Part shown: piece after piece, positions 50,686 to 59,827 of the stretch | How positions within the stretch are numbered: position 1 is the first letter of the stretch | Layout: each line of letters begins with the position of its first letter | Assembly (NCBI GenBank): GCA_041946735.1 | Contig: JBHGAY010000002.1 | Coordinates: 160,001 to 224,000 of the forward strand | DNA from: Candidatus Eiseniibacteriota bacterium | GTDB taxonomy: Bacteria; Eisenbacteria; RBG-16-71-46; CAIMUX01; VGJL01 | Direction of reading: 5' to 3' | DNA length: 64,000 bases | The notes under the pieces: model-generated | What the model saw: only the letters and a program-made list of their open reading frames with translations | What the model was told of the DNA's origin: nothing | Databases searched by the model: none | Position numbers and translations under genes: made by a program

Positions 50686-52221
50686 CTACTCGAAGTGCTT
50701 CGCAGCGCCCCAGGCCTCCCGCAGCGGAAGGAGCGGCGCGCGCGCGATCCAGATCGGCGCCCCGTCCTCCACGCAGAGTCCGCATTCGAAGGAGCCGGCG
50801 GGCTGGACCTCCGCGAAGAACACCTGCAGGTCCTCCCGTGAGTCTCCGATCGCGACCCACGTGGAGACGCTGTCGTCCCGACCCGGTCCCCAGAGCCAGT
50901 AGCTGTTGTGCCCGCTGATCGCCGGCGGCATGCCGCGCCTGGCCCCCAGAATGTTCACCGCGCTCGCCTCCCCGTAGTTGGAGGCCGCGATGGCCGCGTG
51001 CCCGCGTTGCGAGGCCGGTAGCGCCGCGACGACGCGGTCGAGATCCTCGACCAACTTCTGCCATCCGAGCCGGTCGGCGAGGAGCTGCGGAAGCTCGAGC
51101 ACCTTGCCTCGCTCCATCTCCATCTGCAGGTGCAGGGTTTTCGTCCAGGCGGCCGTCGTCATGGGCGGCAGGACCGGCAGGCAGATCGGCAGCAGGGCCA
51201 GGGCCGAGGCGGCAAGGATCGCGCCGTAACCCCAGCCGGCCGCGCGGCGAGCGACGCGCCCGAGGCGGACGCCGCTCAGCGCGGCCGCCCCGGCGGCGAA
51301 CATCATCGGATACGCGCCCGCGATCCGGTCGGGGCGGCTGGAGCCGCTCGCGACCAGCAGGACGAGGAGCAGCAAGAATGTCCATCCGAGGGACCGGAAG
51401 CGTCGCGCCGCGGGCGCGAAGAGGCACCAGGCGAGTCCCGCCGCCCAGAGCGGAAAAGTCAGTGGATGGAGCGTGACGATCTGCTCGATGACGACGGCGT
51501 GGGGCGGAGTCGGAACGTTCTTGTACAGGTCGGCGTTGCGGTAGAACTCGAGCGACGGGAAGCCGTGGGCCGCCTGCCACGCGAGATTCGGGATCGTCAG
51601 CGCCGCGGCGAGAGCGGCGCCGAGCCACACGCCCGGGCTGCGCAACACGTTTCGGGAGGGGGAGAGGAACAGCCCGATGACGAGCACGACGCCGAACATG
51701 CCCGTCGTGTGCTTGTTCAGGATCCCGAGCCCCAGCGTCGCGCCGATCAGGATCCACCGCCTCGGCGAAGGATCGCGCAGATTCCGCACGAGCAGGAACG
51801 CCAGCAGCGTCCAGGTCAGGACCTCGAGGGCGTTCATCGAATAGAACCCGCAGATCGCGCGCAGAATCGGCGCGCAGGCGGCGGCGAGAGCGGCAAGCGT
51901 CGTCGCGCCTCGTCGAGCCCCAAGGTCCGACGCCATTCGCCCGGTGAGCCACACGGTCGCGCCCGCCGCCAGAGCCGGCACCAGGCGTATCGCGAAGATC
52001 CCGTGGTCGAAGAGCGCCACGACCGACAGAATCCAGATGGACAAGGGGGGATGGTCCACGTACCCGAGAGCCGGATGCCGCGCGCAGACGAGGTAGTACA
52101 GCTCGTCGCGAAAGTACTCCCAACCGAAGAGACCGAGGTTGCTGGCGAGGTGGAGGACCACCGTCGCCGCGGCGAGGGTCAGAACGGAGCGAGGGGTTTC
52201 GGGCACTGCTTCCGCCGTCAT
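50686..52221 (-). CDS. GT-C membrane glycosyltransferase (family 39/PMT_2, ArnT-like)
   Basis: YFRDELYYL..ARHPALGYVDHPPL, many TM segments, NYGEA, HNSYWLWGP. Confidence 0.88.
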   Translation of the reverse strand: MTAEAVPETPRSVLTLAAATVVLHLASNLGLFGWEYFRDELYYLVCARHPALGYVDHPPLSIWILSVVALFDHGIFAIRLVPALAAGATVWLTGRMASDLGARRGATTLAALAAACAPILRAICGFYSMNALEVLTWTLLAFLLVRNLRDPSPRRWILIGATLGLGILNKHTTGMFGVVLVIGLFLSPSRNVLRSPGVWLGAALAAALTIPNLAWQAAHGFPSLEFYRNADLYKNVPTPPHAVVIEQIVTLHPLTFPLWAAGLAWCLFAPAARRFRSLGWTFLLLLVLLVASGSSRPDRIAGAYPMMFAAGAAALSGVRLGRVARRAAGWGYGAILAASALALLPICLPVLPPMTTAAWTKTLHLQMEMERGKVLELPQLLADRLGWQKLVEDLDRVVAALPASQRGHAAIAASNYGEASAVNILGARRGMPPAISGHNSYWLWGPGRDDSVSTWVAIGDSREDLQVFFAEVQPAGSFECGLCVEDGAPIWIARAPLLPLREAWGAAKHFE

Positions 52222-52293
52222 GTCCAAGTCCCGGTGGAGAGTAGCAGATGCGGGACGAGGGCGTAGGAGCGACGACTCGATCTCGTGACGACT

Positions 52294-52388
52294 CGAGCTG
52301 CGAGGATGGACTCGACACGCAACGCGACCTGATGTCCGAGCCACACGGCGAGGAGGCCGGCTCCGTTGGTCAGGACGACGTACGCCGA
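52294..52388. repeat. Direct repeat copy 1 (duplicate of crcB 3' end)
   Basis: 95 bp, 5 mismatches versus 52790-52884. Confidence 0.92.
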
Positions 52389-52414
52389 GTCAGAAGGAGA
52401 ACTTGCGCCGGGCG

Positions 52415-52605
52415 GACGCGGCATCGACGTGTCGGAGCGGCGTTCGACGGCGGTCGGAGACGACATCGAAGCGTCCCGGAGGCTCACTGGGGAAACCGAG
52501 AGGAGACACGACGTGTCTCCGGCGACACCGGCGGCGGGCGGGGCGAGCATCGACGGGCCGAAGCGACGGCCAGCGCCGGGCGGGGCGAGCATCGAAGCAT
52601 CGATT
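52415..52605. repeat. Degenerate 42-bp-period array (about 5 units)
   Basis: CATCGA cores at 52422, 52464, 52548 and 52590, with a degenerate unit near 52506; exact 19-mer at 52535 and 52577. Confidence 0.6.
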
Positions 52606-52789
52606 CCCGATCCGACGGAGTCCGAATCGCAAGTCAACGCGTCCCTGCTGCTTTCGCCCGGTTTCCTGCGTCCTGGTGAACGGACCTGCCGAGCCACGGC
52701 GACCGTCCTGTCGACAGCGTAAGCGCCGCATGGCGCTATCGACCCTTGCGGATCGGCCGCGGTCGTGACAAGCCGCCCCGCAGCGCGGA

Positions 52790-52884
52790 CGAGCTGTGAG
52801 GATGGACTAGACGCGCAACGCGACCTGATGGCCGAGCCACACGGCGAGGAGGCCGGCTCCGTTGGTCAGGACCACGTACGCCGA
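52790..52884. repeat. Direct repeat copy 2 (true crcB 3' end and downstream)
   Basis: Matches 52294-52388. Confidence 0.92.
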
Positions 52885-53193
52885 CGCGGCGATCCATTCC
52901 GCTCCGGACGCGAGTCGGAACGCCTCGAGCGCGAAGGTCGAGAAGGTCGTGAATCCACCGAGGAATCCGACCATGAGCGCCATGCGCAAGGCGGGAGAGA
53001 GCAGCGCTCCTCTGTCGAGCATCCCGGCCACGATTCCGATGGCGAGACAACCGAGCGCATTGATGAGGAAGGTCTCCCAGGGAAAGGTCCCGCTGGTCGA
53101 CCTCGCGAGCAGACCTCCGAGGACCCAACGAAGGAGAGTCCCGGCGGCGCCAGCGACGGAAACGAGCAGCCACACCGGGAGAACGGAGCTCAT
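52807..53193 (-). CDS. crcB: Fluoride channel Fluc/CrcB
   Basis: GAAGTLLR, FPWETF.IN..GC, GFLGGFTTFSTF. Confidence 0.95.
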   Translation of the reverse strand: MSSVLPVWLLVSVAGAAGTLLRWVLGGLLARSTSGTFPWETFLINALGCLAIGIVAGMLDRGALLSPALRMALMVGFLGGFTTFSTFALEAFRLASGAEWIAASAYVVLTNGAGLLAVWLGHQVALRV

Positions 53194-53552
53194 CGGCTCG
53201 GCTCCCGGTCCTCCGGACCGAGGCCGGCATAACGAAGAACGCGCGCACGCTCGATGGTGATCAAACCGCCGGTCACCACCTGTTCGAGCCAAGGGAGCAG
53301 AGCCTGAATCCTCTCCTCGGTGTCTGCGATCTCGACAACGATCGGAAGGTCCTCGGAGAGACGAAGCACTTTGGCGGTGTGCAGGCGAGAGCTGCGACCG
53401 AACCCCATGAGTCCTCGGAGAACGGTCGCGCCGGCGAGATGGAGTTCCCGTGCCTTGAGCACGATCGCTTCGTAGAGCGGCTTGCCTTCATGCCGGTCGC
53501 TCTCTCCGAGAAAGATCCGCAACAATGTCGCGTCATCCGGAATCGTCATCAT
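53190..53552 (-). CDS. DUF190 (PII-like) protein
   Basis: LLRIFLGESD, GATVLRG..GFG, LSEDLPIVVE. Confidence 0.92.
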   Translation of the reverse strand: MMTIPDDATLLRIFLGESDRHEGKPLYEAIVLKARELHLAGATVLRGLMGFGRSSRLHTAKVLRLSEDLPIVVEIADTEERIQALLPWLEQVVTGGLITIERARVLRYAGLGPEDREPSR

Positions 53553-53565
53553 GGCTCCCTCCCTC

Positions 53566-53600
53566 AAAAAGAACGACTCCCGCGCGGTGCGCAGGAGTCA
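53566..53600 (-). terminator. Riboswitch expression-platform intrinsic terminator
   Basis: GACTCCTGCGC-ACC-GCGCGGGAGTC stem then GTTCTTTTT; the 5' arm overlaps the aptamer's 3' strand. Confidence 0.8.
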
Positions 53601-53642
53601 TCGGCCCTTGCAGTCGGGCGGTTACGGCGAACTCCATCGCCC
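53591..53642 (-). ncRNA. Fluoride riboswitch (crcB motif)
   Basis: GGCGATGGAGTTCGCC..TAACCGC...GCCGATGACTCCTGC matches the consensus; lies upstream of DUF190-crcB. Confidence 0.93.
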
Positions 53643-53681
53643 TCTGTAGATTTCCGCTTCCGAGCGACGCGGTCGTCTAGA

Positions 53682-54044
53682 TCAGTCCCAGATCCCCAGG
53701 ATCGCCTTCGCCTCCTCGCTGCAGTGCTTGCGCGGGTCCCAAGGCGGCGACCAGACGATCTCGATGTCGACGTCTTCCACTCCCGGCATCCGGCGGACCG
53801 CCATCTCCGCCGCCGCGAGGATCTCCGGCCCGGCGGGGCACATCTGGCTCGTGAGGGTCATGCGGAGGTCGACCTTCCTCTTCTCGGGATCGAGCGAGAC
53901 GCCATAGACTAAGCCGAGATCGACGACCGACAGCGCGATCTCCGGATCGCAAACCGGGCGCAGCGCCTCGATCACACCTTCCTCGGTCACGGGCCAGTCG
54001 CCCGCGGCCCTCTCTTCGGCCTTCTTCCCGTCGCTCTCGCTCAT
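53682..54044 (-). CDS. sufT: DUF59/SufT (MIP18 family) Fe-S maturation protein
   Basis: DPEIALSVVDLGLVY, TLTSQMCP, VWSPPW. Confidence 0.88.
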   Translation of the reverse strand: MSESDGKKAEERAAGDWPVTEEGVIEALRPVCDPEIALSVVDLGLVYGVSLDPEKRKVDLRMTLTSQMCPAGPEILAAAEMAVRRMPGVEDVDIEIVWSPPWDPRKHCSEEAKAILGIWD

Positions 54045-54637
54045 GGCGTGCCTCCCGTCTCGGCCTTCCTCCCGGACTCTGAATCGGACTCTGCGCCTTC
54101 CCCCTCCGTCGTCGTCGTCGCCTTCGTCGCTCCCGCCGCCTTCGCCGCTCCCGCGGCCTTCGCACCGGGTCGCGCCTTTCCCTCCTGCGCCCTTGCCTCC
54201 GCCCAGGTCGCGATCGCTTCCTTCACCGTCATCCAGGGCAGCAGCGCGCACTTCACGCGCACGGGGAACTTCGCCACCCCGCGCAGCGCCTCCAGATCTC
54301 CGAGGTCGAGATCGTCCGGCGGGGCCGCGCCATGGATCAGCTCGCGGAACACCTCGGTGAGCCGCTCGATCTCCTCCGGATCGCGGTCGCGCAGCAACTC
54401 GGAAAGCATCGATCCCGACGCGACGCTGATCGCGCAGCCACGGCACCGGATCTGCGCTGCGTGCACCTTGCCGGCGTCGATCTCGAGCGCAACGTGCACC
54501 TCGTCGCCGCAGATCGGATTGAACCCATCCTGCTCCACGTCGGCGCGCGCGACAGCCTCCCGCCCCCGCGGGCTGCGGTAGTGGTCGAGCACGACGTCGC
54601 GGTACAGATCGTCAAGCTCTGCGAATGGTTTGTCCAA
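54041..54637 (-). CDS. sufU: SufU (NifU-like) protein
   Basis: LYRDVVLDHY, NPICGD, GCAISVAS, RVKCALLPW. Confidence 0.92.
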   Translation of the reverse strand: MDKPFAELDDLYRDVVLDHYRSPRGREAVARADVEQDGFNPICGDEVHVALEIDAGKVHAAQIRCRGCAISVASGSMLSELLRDRDPEEIERLTEVFRELIHGAAPPDDLDLGDLEALRGVAKFPVRVKCALLPWMTVKEAIATWAEARAQEGKARPGAKAAGAAKAAGATKATTTTEGEGAESDSESGRKAETGGTP

Positions 54638-55994
54638 AGTAGGACTGCGCCTCCTTCAGCGCCTCGAACAGCTCGTCGACGTCGGAACGATCGTTGTAAA
54701 TGTAGAAGCTCGCGCGCGCGGTCGCCGGGACGCCGAGCCGCCGCATCAGCGGCTGCGCGCAATGGTGCCCGGCGCGCACCGCGATCCCCCGCAGATCGAG
54801 CATGGTGGCGAGATCGTGCGGGTGCACCGTTTCGTCCCAGAATGAGACGACCCCGGTGCGCTCCTCCGGATTCGGCGGCCCGAAGATGCGGACCCCGGGG
54901 AGCGATCCGACCCGCTCCATCGCATAGCCGAGCAGATCGATCTCGTGCTGCCGCACGCGCTCCATGCCGATCGCGCCGAGGTAGTCGATCGCCCCGCCGA
55001 ACGCGACGACCCCCTCGATGTTCGGCGTGCCGGCCTCGTGCTTCCACGGCACCTCGTTCCAGGTCGCCCGGTCGAGACGCACCTCGCGGATCATTTCCCC
55101 GCCGCCGAGCATCGGCTCCGCTTCCTCGAGCAGCTCAGGCCTTCCCCAGAGGATCCCGACGCCGGTCGGTCCCAGCATCTTGTGCGCGGAGAACGCGAGG
55201 AAGTCCGCTCCGAGAGCGGGCCCGTCGACCGGCAGGTGCGGCACGCTCTGCGCCCCGTCCACGAGCACCTTGACGCCGCGGTCGTGCGCGAGGCGCGCGA
55301 TGTCGGCGATCGGGTTGATCGTCCCCAGGACGTTGGAAGCGTGCGTCAGCGAGAGAATGCGCGTCCGCGGCGTCAGCATCTCGTCGAGGCTTTCGAGACG
55401 GAGCCGGCCTTCGTCGTCGATCGGCAGATGACGGAGGACCGCTCCGGTACGGCCCGCGAGCTGGATCCACGGGACGAGATTGGCGTGGTGCTCCATTTCG
55501 GTCAGAAGCACTTCGTCCCCGGGCCGGATCCTCGGCTCCACCCACGAGCGGACAACCATGTTGATCGCCTCGGTCGCGTTGCGCGTGAAGACGACACCGT
55601 AGGGATCGAGGCCGCCGAGGAAGGCGCCGACCTTTCCGCGCACCGCCTCGTACGCTTCGGTCGCCTCGTTCGCGAGCGTGTGGATTCCGCGGTGGACGTT
55701 CGCGTTCTTCCTCTCGTAATACTCCTGGATCGCGCGGAGGACGAAGTTCGGCTTCTGCGTCGTCGCCGCATTGTCCAGGTAGACGAGGCGGCGATCGTTC
55801 ACCTCGCGCGCAAGGATCGGGAACTCCTTGCGGATCTTCGCGACGTCGAGCCCGCCTCCCGGCCTGCTCCCATGCGCCTCGCCGAGGCCGGGCGCGGGCG
55901 TCTTCGACTGCGCCTCCGCCGGCGTCTTCACCGATCCCCTTCCCGCCGGCTTCGCCGCCGCATCTCTGCTCTCACGATTCGCGCGCAGCGCCAT
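54612..55994 (-). CDS. sufS: Cysteine desulfurase SufS
   Basis: YLDNAATTQKP, EHHAN, SAHKMLGP, RAGHHCAQP. Confidence 0.95.
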   Translation of the reverse strand: MALRANRESRDAAAKPAGRGSVKTPAEAQSKTPAPGLGEAHGSRPGGGLDVAKIRKEFPILAREVNDRRLVYLDNAATTQKPNFVLRAIQEYYERKNANVHRGIHTLANEATEAYEAVRGKVGAFLGGLDPYGVVFTRNATEAINMVVRSWVEPRIRPGDEVLLTEMEHHANLVPWIQLAGRTGAVLRHLPIDDEGRLRLESLDEMLTPRTRILSLTHASNVLGTINPIADIARLAHDRGVKVLVDGAQSVPHLPVDGPALGADFLAFSAHKMLGPTGVGILWGRPELLEEAEPMLGGGEMIREVRLDRATWNEVPWKHEAGTPNIEGVVAFGGAIDYLGAIGMERVRQHEIDLLGYAMERVGSLPGVRIFGPPNPEERTGVVSFWDETVHPHDLATMLDLRGIAVRAGHHCAQPLMRRLGVPATARASFYIYNDRSDVDELFEALKEAQSYFGQTIRRA

Positions 55995-55996
55995 GC

Positions 55997-56344
55997 TCAG
56001 TCCTCCTCGTCCTCGTCGTCGTCGTCCTCGATCCCGACCAGGATCGATCCCTCCTCGTCGACCTTCACCGGGAAGGTCCGCACCGGGACGACGGCGGGCA
56101 GACGCACGACCGCCCCGCTGCGCACGTCGAACTGCGCGCCGTGCCGGGGGCACTCGATGACCGGACCGTCGAGGATCTCGATCCCGAACGGGCTTCCATC
56201 GTGCGTGCAAACGTCCTCGATCGCGTAGATCGAGCCTTCCACGTTGCAGAGGACGATCCGCTCTCCGCCCGCGCGGACGACGCGCGTCTCGCCGACCGGG
56301 ATCTCGGAGACGCGGGCGACCGGAACGAACGTTTCCGCCGTCAT
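55997..56344 (-). CDS. Rieske-type [2Fe-2S] ferredoxin
   Basis: CTH...CPRHG..FD motif; acidic tail. Confidence 0.9.
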   Translation of the reverse strand: MTAETFVPVARVSEIPVGETRVVRAGGERIVLCNVEGSIYAIEDVCTHDGSPFGIEILDGPVIECPRHGAQFDVRSGAVVRLPAVVPVRTFPVKVDEEGSILVGIEDDDDEDEED

Positions 56345-57561
56345 CGGGAAAGCCCTCCGAGCCGGCGCGACGTCTCCTCGCGCAGCGAATCGGCGACGGT
56401 CCCGGGGATCTGCGAAAGCGTCTGCTCGAGGAAGCCGCCGACCACGATCCGCATCGCGTCGGCGTGGGCGAGCCCGCGCGAGTTCAGGTAGAAGAGCTGG
56501 TCGGGGTCCACCGGTCCGACCGCCGCGCCGTGCTTGCACCGCACCTCGTCGGTCAGGATCTCCAGCTCGGGGATCGACTCGGCCCTGCTCTCTTCGGACA
56601 GCAGAAGGTTCTTGTTTTCCTGATACGCCTCGCAATGCGGCGCGTTCTTGGCGATCCGGATCAAGCCGGTGTAGGCGGAGCGGGCGCGATCGGCGAGGGC
56701 GACGCGGAAGTCGATGTCGCTGAACGTCCGCGGAGCCACGTGATCGTGGACCGTGTGATGGTCGGCGCGCTGCCGCCCGTCCCCGTACACGACCCCGGTC
56801 ATCCGGCTCTCCGCCCCTTCGCCCGCCAGATCGACACGGAGATCGGCCTTGTACAATCCGGCGCCGAACGACGCGATCGCCATCTGCAGGCGCGCCTCGC
56901 GATCGAGCCGGGCGCGTACCGTCCGGTGCGAGACCACCTTCTTCCCGACATGCTGGATCGGCGCGTAGCGGACCTGCCCGCCGGGCGCGACGAACAGCTC
57001 CGTGACCTCGTTCACGATCGCGCCGGCGCCGCTGCCGTCCGGGCCCCGGGACTCCTCGACGATCGTGACGCTCGCGTCCTCTTCGACCACGATCAGGTTG
57101 CGAACGGCGCGGAACCCCTTGGCGCCCGCCAGCGTCGTCAGGATCCGGATCGGCACCTCGACCTGCGCGCCCCGCGGGATCTTCACGAAATGTCCCGCCG
57201 ACCAGAGCGAGGCGTTGAGCGACTCGGGCCGCCCGAAGGCGGCCGGCACGAGCCGGCCGAAGATCGAGGCGACCTGCTCGGGAAGAGCCTCCGCCGCCTG
57301 CCACAGCGGCAGGACGAGGACGCCGACGGCACGAGCCGCCTCGTCCGCCTCGACGACCGTTTCGAGGTCGAGCCGCGGAGGGCCGCCGTCCGACGCCGAG
57401 ACGATCTCGGGAGGTACGACCTCGGTCGGATCCGTGTAGCGCCACAGGTGCTGCGCCCGGTCGGGCAGCGGGACGTGCGCGAGCGCCTCCCGTCCCTCCA
57501 GGCGGATCGTTTCGATCAGCGCCGCTCCGCGCGGCGTGGCCTTCTCGTTCGTCGCCGGCAT
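56341..57561 (-). CDS. sufD: Fe-S assembly protein SufD
   Basis: WRYTD, NLLLS, PELEI.TDEVRCKHGA, LFYL.SRG. Confidence 0.9.
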   Translation of the reverse strand: MPATNEKATPRGAALIETIRLEGREALAHVPLPDRAQHLWRYTDPTEVVPPEIVSASDGGPPRLDLETVVEADEAARAVGVLVLPLWQAAEALPEQVASIFGRLVPAAFGRPESLNASLWSAGHFVKIPRGAQVEVPIRILTTLAGAKGFRAVRNLIVVEEDASVTIVEESRGPDGSGAGAIVNEVTELFVAPGGQVRYAPIQHVGKKVVSHRTVRARLDREARLQMAIASFGAGLYKADLRVDLAGEGAESRMTGVVYGDGRQRADHHTVHDHVAPRTFSDIDFRVALADRARSAYTGLIRIAKNAPHCEAYQENKNLLLSEESRAESIPELEILTDEVRCKHGAAVGPVDPDQLFYLNSRGLAHADAMRIVVGGFLEQTLSQIPGTVADSLREETSRRLGGLSR

Positions 57562-59003
57562 CAACCCACCGATCCTTCCATCTCCATCTCGATGAGACGG
57601 TTCAGCTCGACCGCGTACTCCATCGGAAGCTCCTTCGTGAACGCCTCGATGAAGCCGTTGACGATCAGCGTCCGCGACATCTGCTCGGAGAGGCCGCGGC
57701 TCATGAGGTAGAAGATCTGCTCGTCGCCGATCTTCGAGATCCTCGCCTCGTGCTCGATCCGCACGCGATCCTCGTCGATCTCCATCGTCGGATAGGTGTC
57801 GGAGCGCGACTCCGGATCGAGCAGGAGCGCGTCGCACTGCACGCTCACCTTGCAGCCGACCGCCCCCTTGTGGACCTTGGCCAGTCCGCGGTAGGAGGCG
57901 CGCCCGCCGTCCTTCGAGATCGACTTCGACGTGACGGTGCTGCTCGTGCGCGGCGCGACGTGGACCACCTTCGCGCCGGCGTCCTGGTGCTGCCCCTTGC
58001 CGGCGAACGCGACGGAGAGGATCTCGCCACGCGCCCCTTCTCCGAGCAGGTAGACCGCCGGGTACTTCATCGTCAGGCGCGAGCCGATGTTGCCGTCGAC
58101 CCACTCGACCACCGCGTTCTTGTGCGCGACCGCCCGCTTCGTCACGAGATTGAAGATGTTGTTCGCCCAGTTCTGGATCGTCGTATAGCGGATGTAGGCG
58201 TCGTCGAGGGCGATCAGCTCCACGACCGCCGAGTGCAGCGAGTTCGTCGAGTAGATCGGCGCCGTGCATCCCTCGATGTAGTGCACGCGCGAACCGCGAT
58301 CGGCGATGATCAGCGTTCTCTCGAACTGGCCCATGTTCTCCGCGTTGATGCGGAAGTACGCCTGGAGCGGGATCTCCACCTTCGTGTCGGGCGGGACGTA
58401 GATGAACGATCCGCCCGACCAGACGGCGCTGTTCAAGGCGGCGAACTTGTTGTCGTTCGGCGGGATCACCGTGGCGAAGTACTTCTGGACGATTTCCGGG
58501 TGCTCGCGCAGTCCGGAATCCATGTCCATGAAGATCACGCCTTGCTTCGTCAAGCTCTCTTGAACCGAGTGATAGACGACCTCCGACTCGTACTGAGCGG
58601 AGACGCCGGCCAGGAACTTGCGCTCCGCCTCCGGAATGCCGAGACGATCGAACGTCTTCTTGATGTTCTCCGGGACCTCGTCCCAGCTCCGTCCCTGCTC
58701 GGCAATCGGCTTGATGTAGTAATAGATGTTGTCGAAGTCGATCGACTGGAGAAGCTCCGTGTTGCCCCAGGTCGGCATCGGCTTTGCCAGGAAGATGTCC
58801 AGCGCGTCGTGGCGGAACCGGCGCATCCATTCCGGCTCCTTCTTCATGCGCGAGATCATCTCGACCACTTCGTGATCGATCCCCTTCTTCCCCTTGTGGA
58901 AGTACTCTTCGGGATCGTGAAAGCCCCACTTCTCGGCGTAGTCGCCGCGAATGTCCAGCTTCTCGCGCGGCCCCTTGCCCGCTTCGGTCGCCCGGTCCGC
59001 CAT
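57561..59003 (-). CDS. sufB: Fe-S assembly protein SufB
   Basis: [44 protein letters not shown]. Confidence 0.97.
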   Translation of the reverse strand: MADRATEAGKGPREKLDIRGDYAEKWGFHDPEEYFHKGKKGIDHEVVEMISRMKKEPEWMRRFRHDALDIFLAKPMPTWGNTELLQSIDFDNIYYYIKPIAEQGRSWDEVPENIKKTFDRLGIPEAERKFLAGVSAQYESEVVYHSVQESLTKQGVIFMDMDSGLREHPEIVQKYFATVIPPNDNKFAALNSAVWSGGSFIYVPPDTKVEIPLQAYFRINAENMGQFERTLIIADRGSRVHYIEGCTAPIYSTNSLHSAVVELIALDDAYIRYTTIQNWANNIFNLVTKRAVAHKNAVVEWVDGNIGSRLTMKYPAVYLLGEGARGEILSVAFAGKGQHQDAGAKVVHVAPRTSSTVTSKSISKDGGRASYRGLAKVHKGAVGCKVSVQCDALLLDPESRSDTYPTMEIDEDRVRIEHEARISKIGDEQIFYLMSRGLSEQMSRTLIVNGFIEAFTKELPMEYAVELNRLIEMEMEGSVG

Positions 59004-59008
59004 TGGCT

Positions 59009-59827
59009 CTATGCCTCCTTGCCCTGCGCGCGCGTCTCCGATGGCGCGGGCGCCTGGCTCTTCTCGATCCAGTCGTAGCCGAGCTCCTCCAGCTTGCCGA
59101 CCAGCTCGGGGCCGCCCGATTCGACGATCCTTCCCTCCATCAGCACGTGAACCGTGTGAGGCTGGACGTAGTTGAGGAGCCTCTGGTAGTGCGTGACGAG
59201 GAAGAGGCCGGTGTCGCTGCCGCAAACGGCGTTGATTCCGTTCGCGACGGTGCGCAGCGCGTCGATGTCCAGGCCCGAGTCGGTCTCGTCGAGCAGCGCG
59301 ACGCGCGGCTTCAGCAGCGCCATCTGGAGGATCTCCACCCGCTTCTTCTCCCCGCCCGAGAAGCCGTCGTTCAGCGACCGCGCCGCGAATGACGGCTCGA
59401 CGTCGAGCAGCTCGAAGGCGGCGTTCATCTCCTTGCGAAACTCCCGGATCGGCACCTCGACGCCCCGTCGAGCGTTGACCGCGGCGCGAAGGACGTTCGC
59501 GACGCTGACCCCCGGGATCGCGACCGGATACTGGAATCCGAGGAAGAGGCCACGGCGCGCTCGCTCGTCAGCCGGCATCGCGGTGATGTCCGCGCCGTCC
59601 ATGAGGACCCGGCCGCCCGTGATCGGATAGCTGGGATGCCCCATCAGGGCGGAGACGAGCGTGCTCTTCCCCGATCCGTTCGGACCCATCAGCGCGATCT
59701 TCTCCCCCGCGCGGATCTCGAACGACACGCCCCGAACGACCTCCCTGCCCGCGACGGCGACGCGGAGGTCCTCGCACACGAAGATCGGGCCCTGCTTCGC
59801 CTGATCCTGATCCATCGCTTCGGTCAT
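59009..59827 (-). CDS. sufC: Fe-S assembly ATPase SufC
   Basis: [41 protein letters not shown]. Confidence 0.96.
   Translation of the reverse strand: MTEAMDQDQAKQGPIFVCEDLRVAVAGREVVRGVSFEIRAGEKIALMGPNGSGKSTLVSALMGHPSYPITGGRVLMDGADITAMPADERARRGLFLGFQYPVAIPGVSVANVLRAAVNARRGVEVPIREFRKEMNAAFELLDVEPSFAARSLNDGFSGGEKKRVEILQMALLKPRVALLDETDSGLDIDALRTVANGINAVCGSDTGLFLVTHYQRLLNYVQPHTVHVLMEGRIVESGGPELVGKLEELGYDWIEKSQAPAPSETRAQGKEA

Noticed and set aside
52415..52605. CRISPR array
   Set aside because: The period is only 42 bp, the repeats are too degenerate, and there are no cas genes
52294..52884. DGR template/variable repeat pair
   Set aside because: The mismatches (C/T, C/A, A/G, T/G, G/C) are not adenine-specific on either strand, and there is no reverse transcriptase in the window
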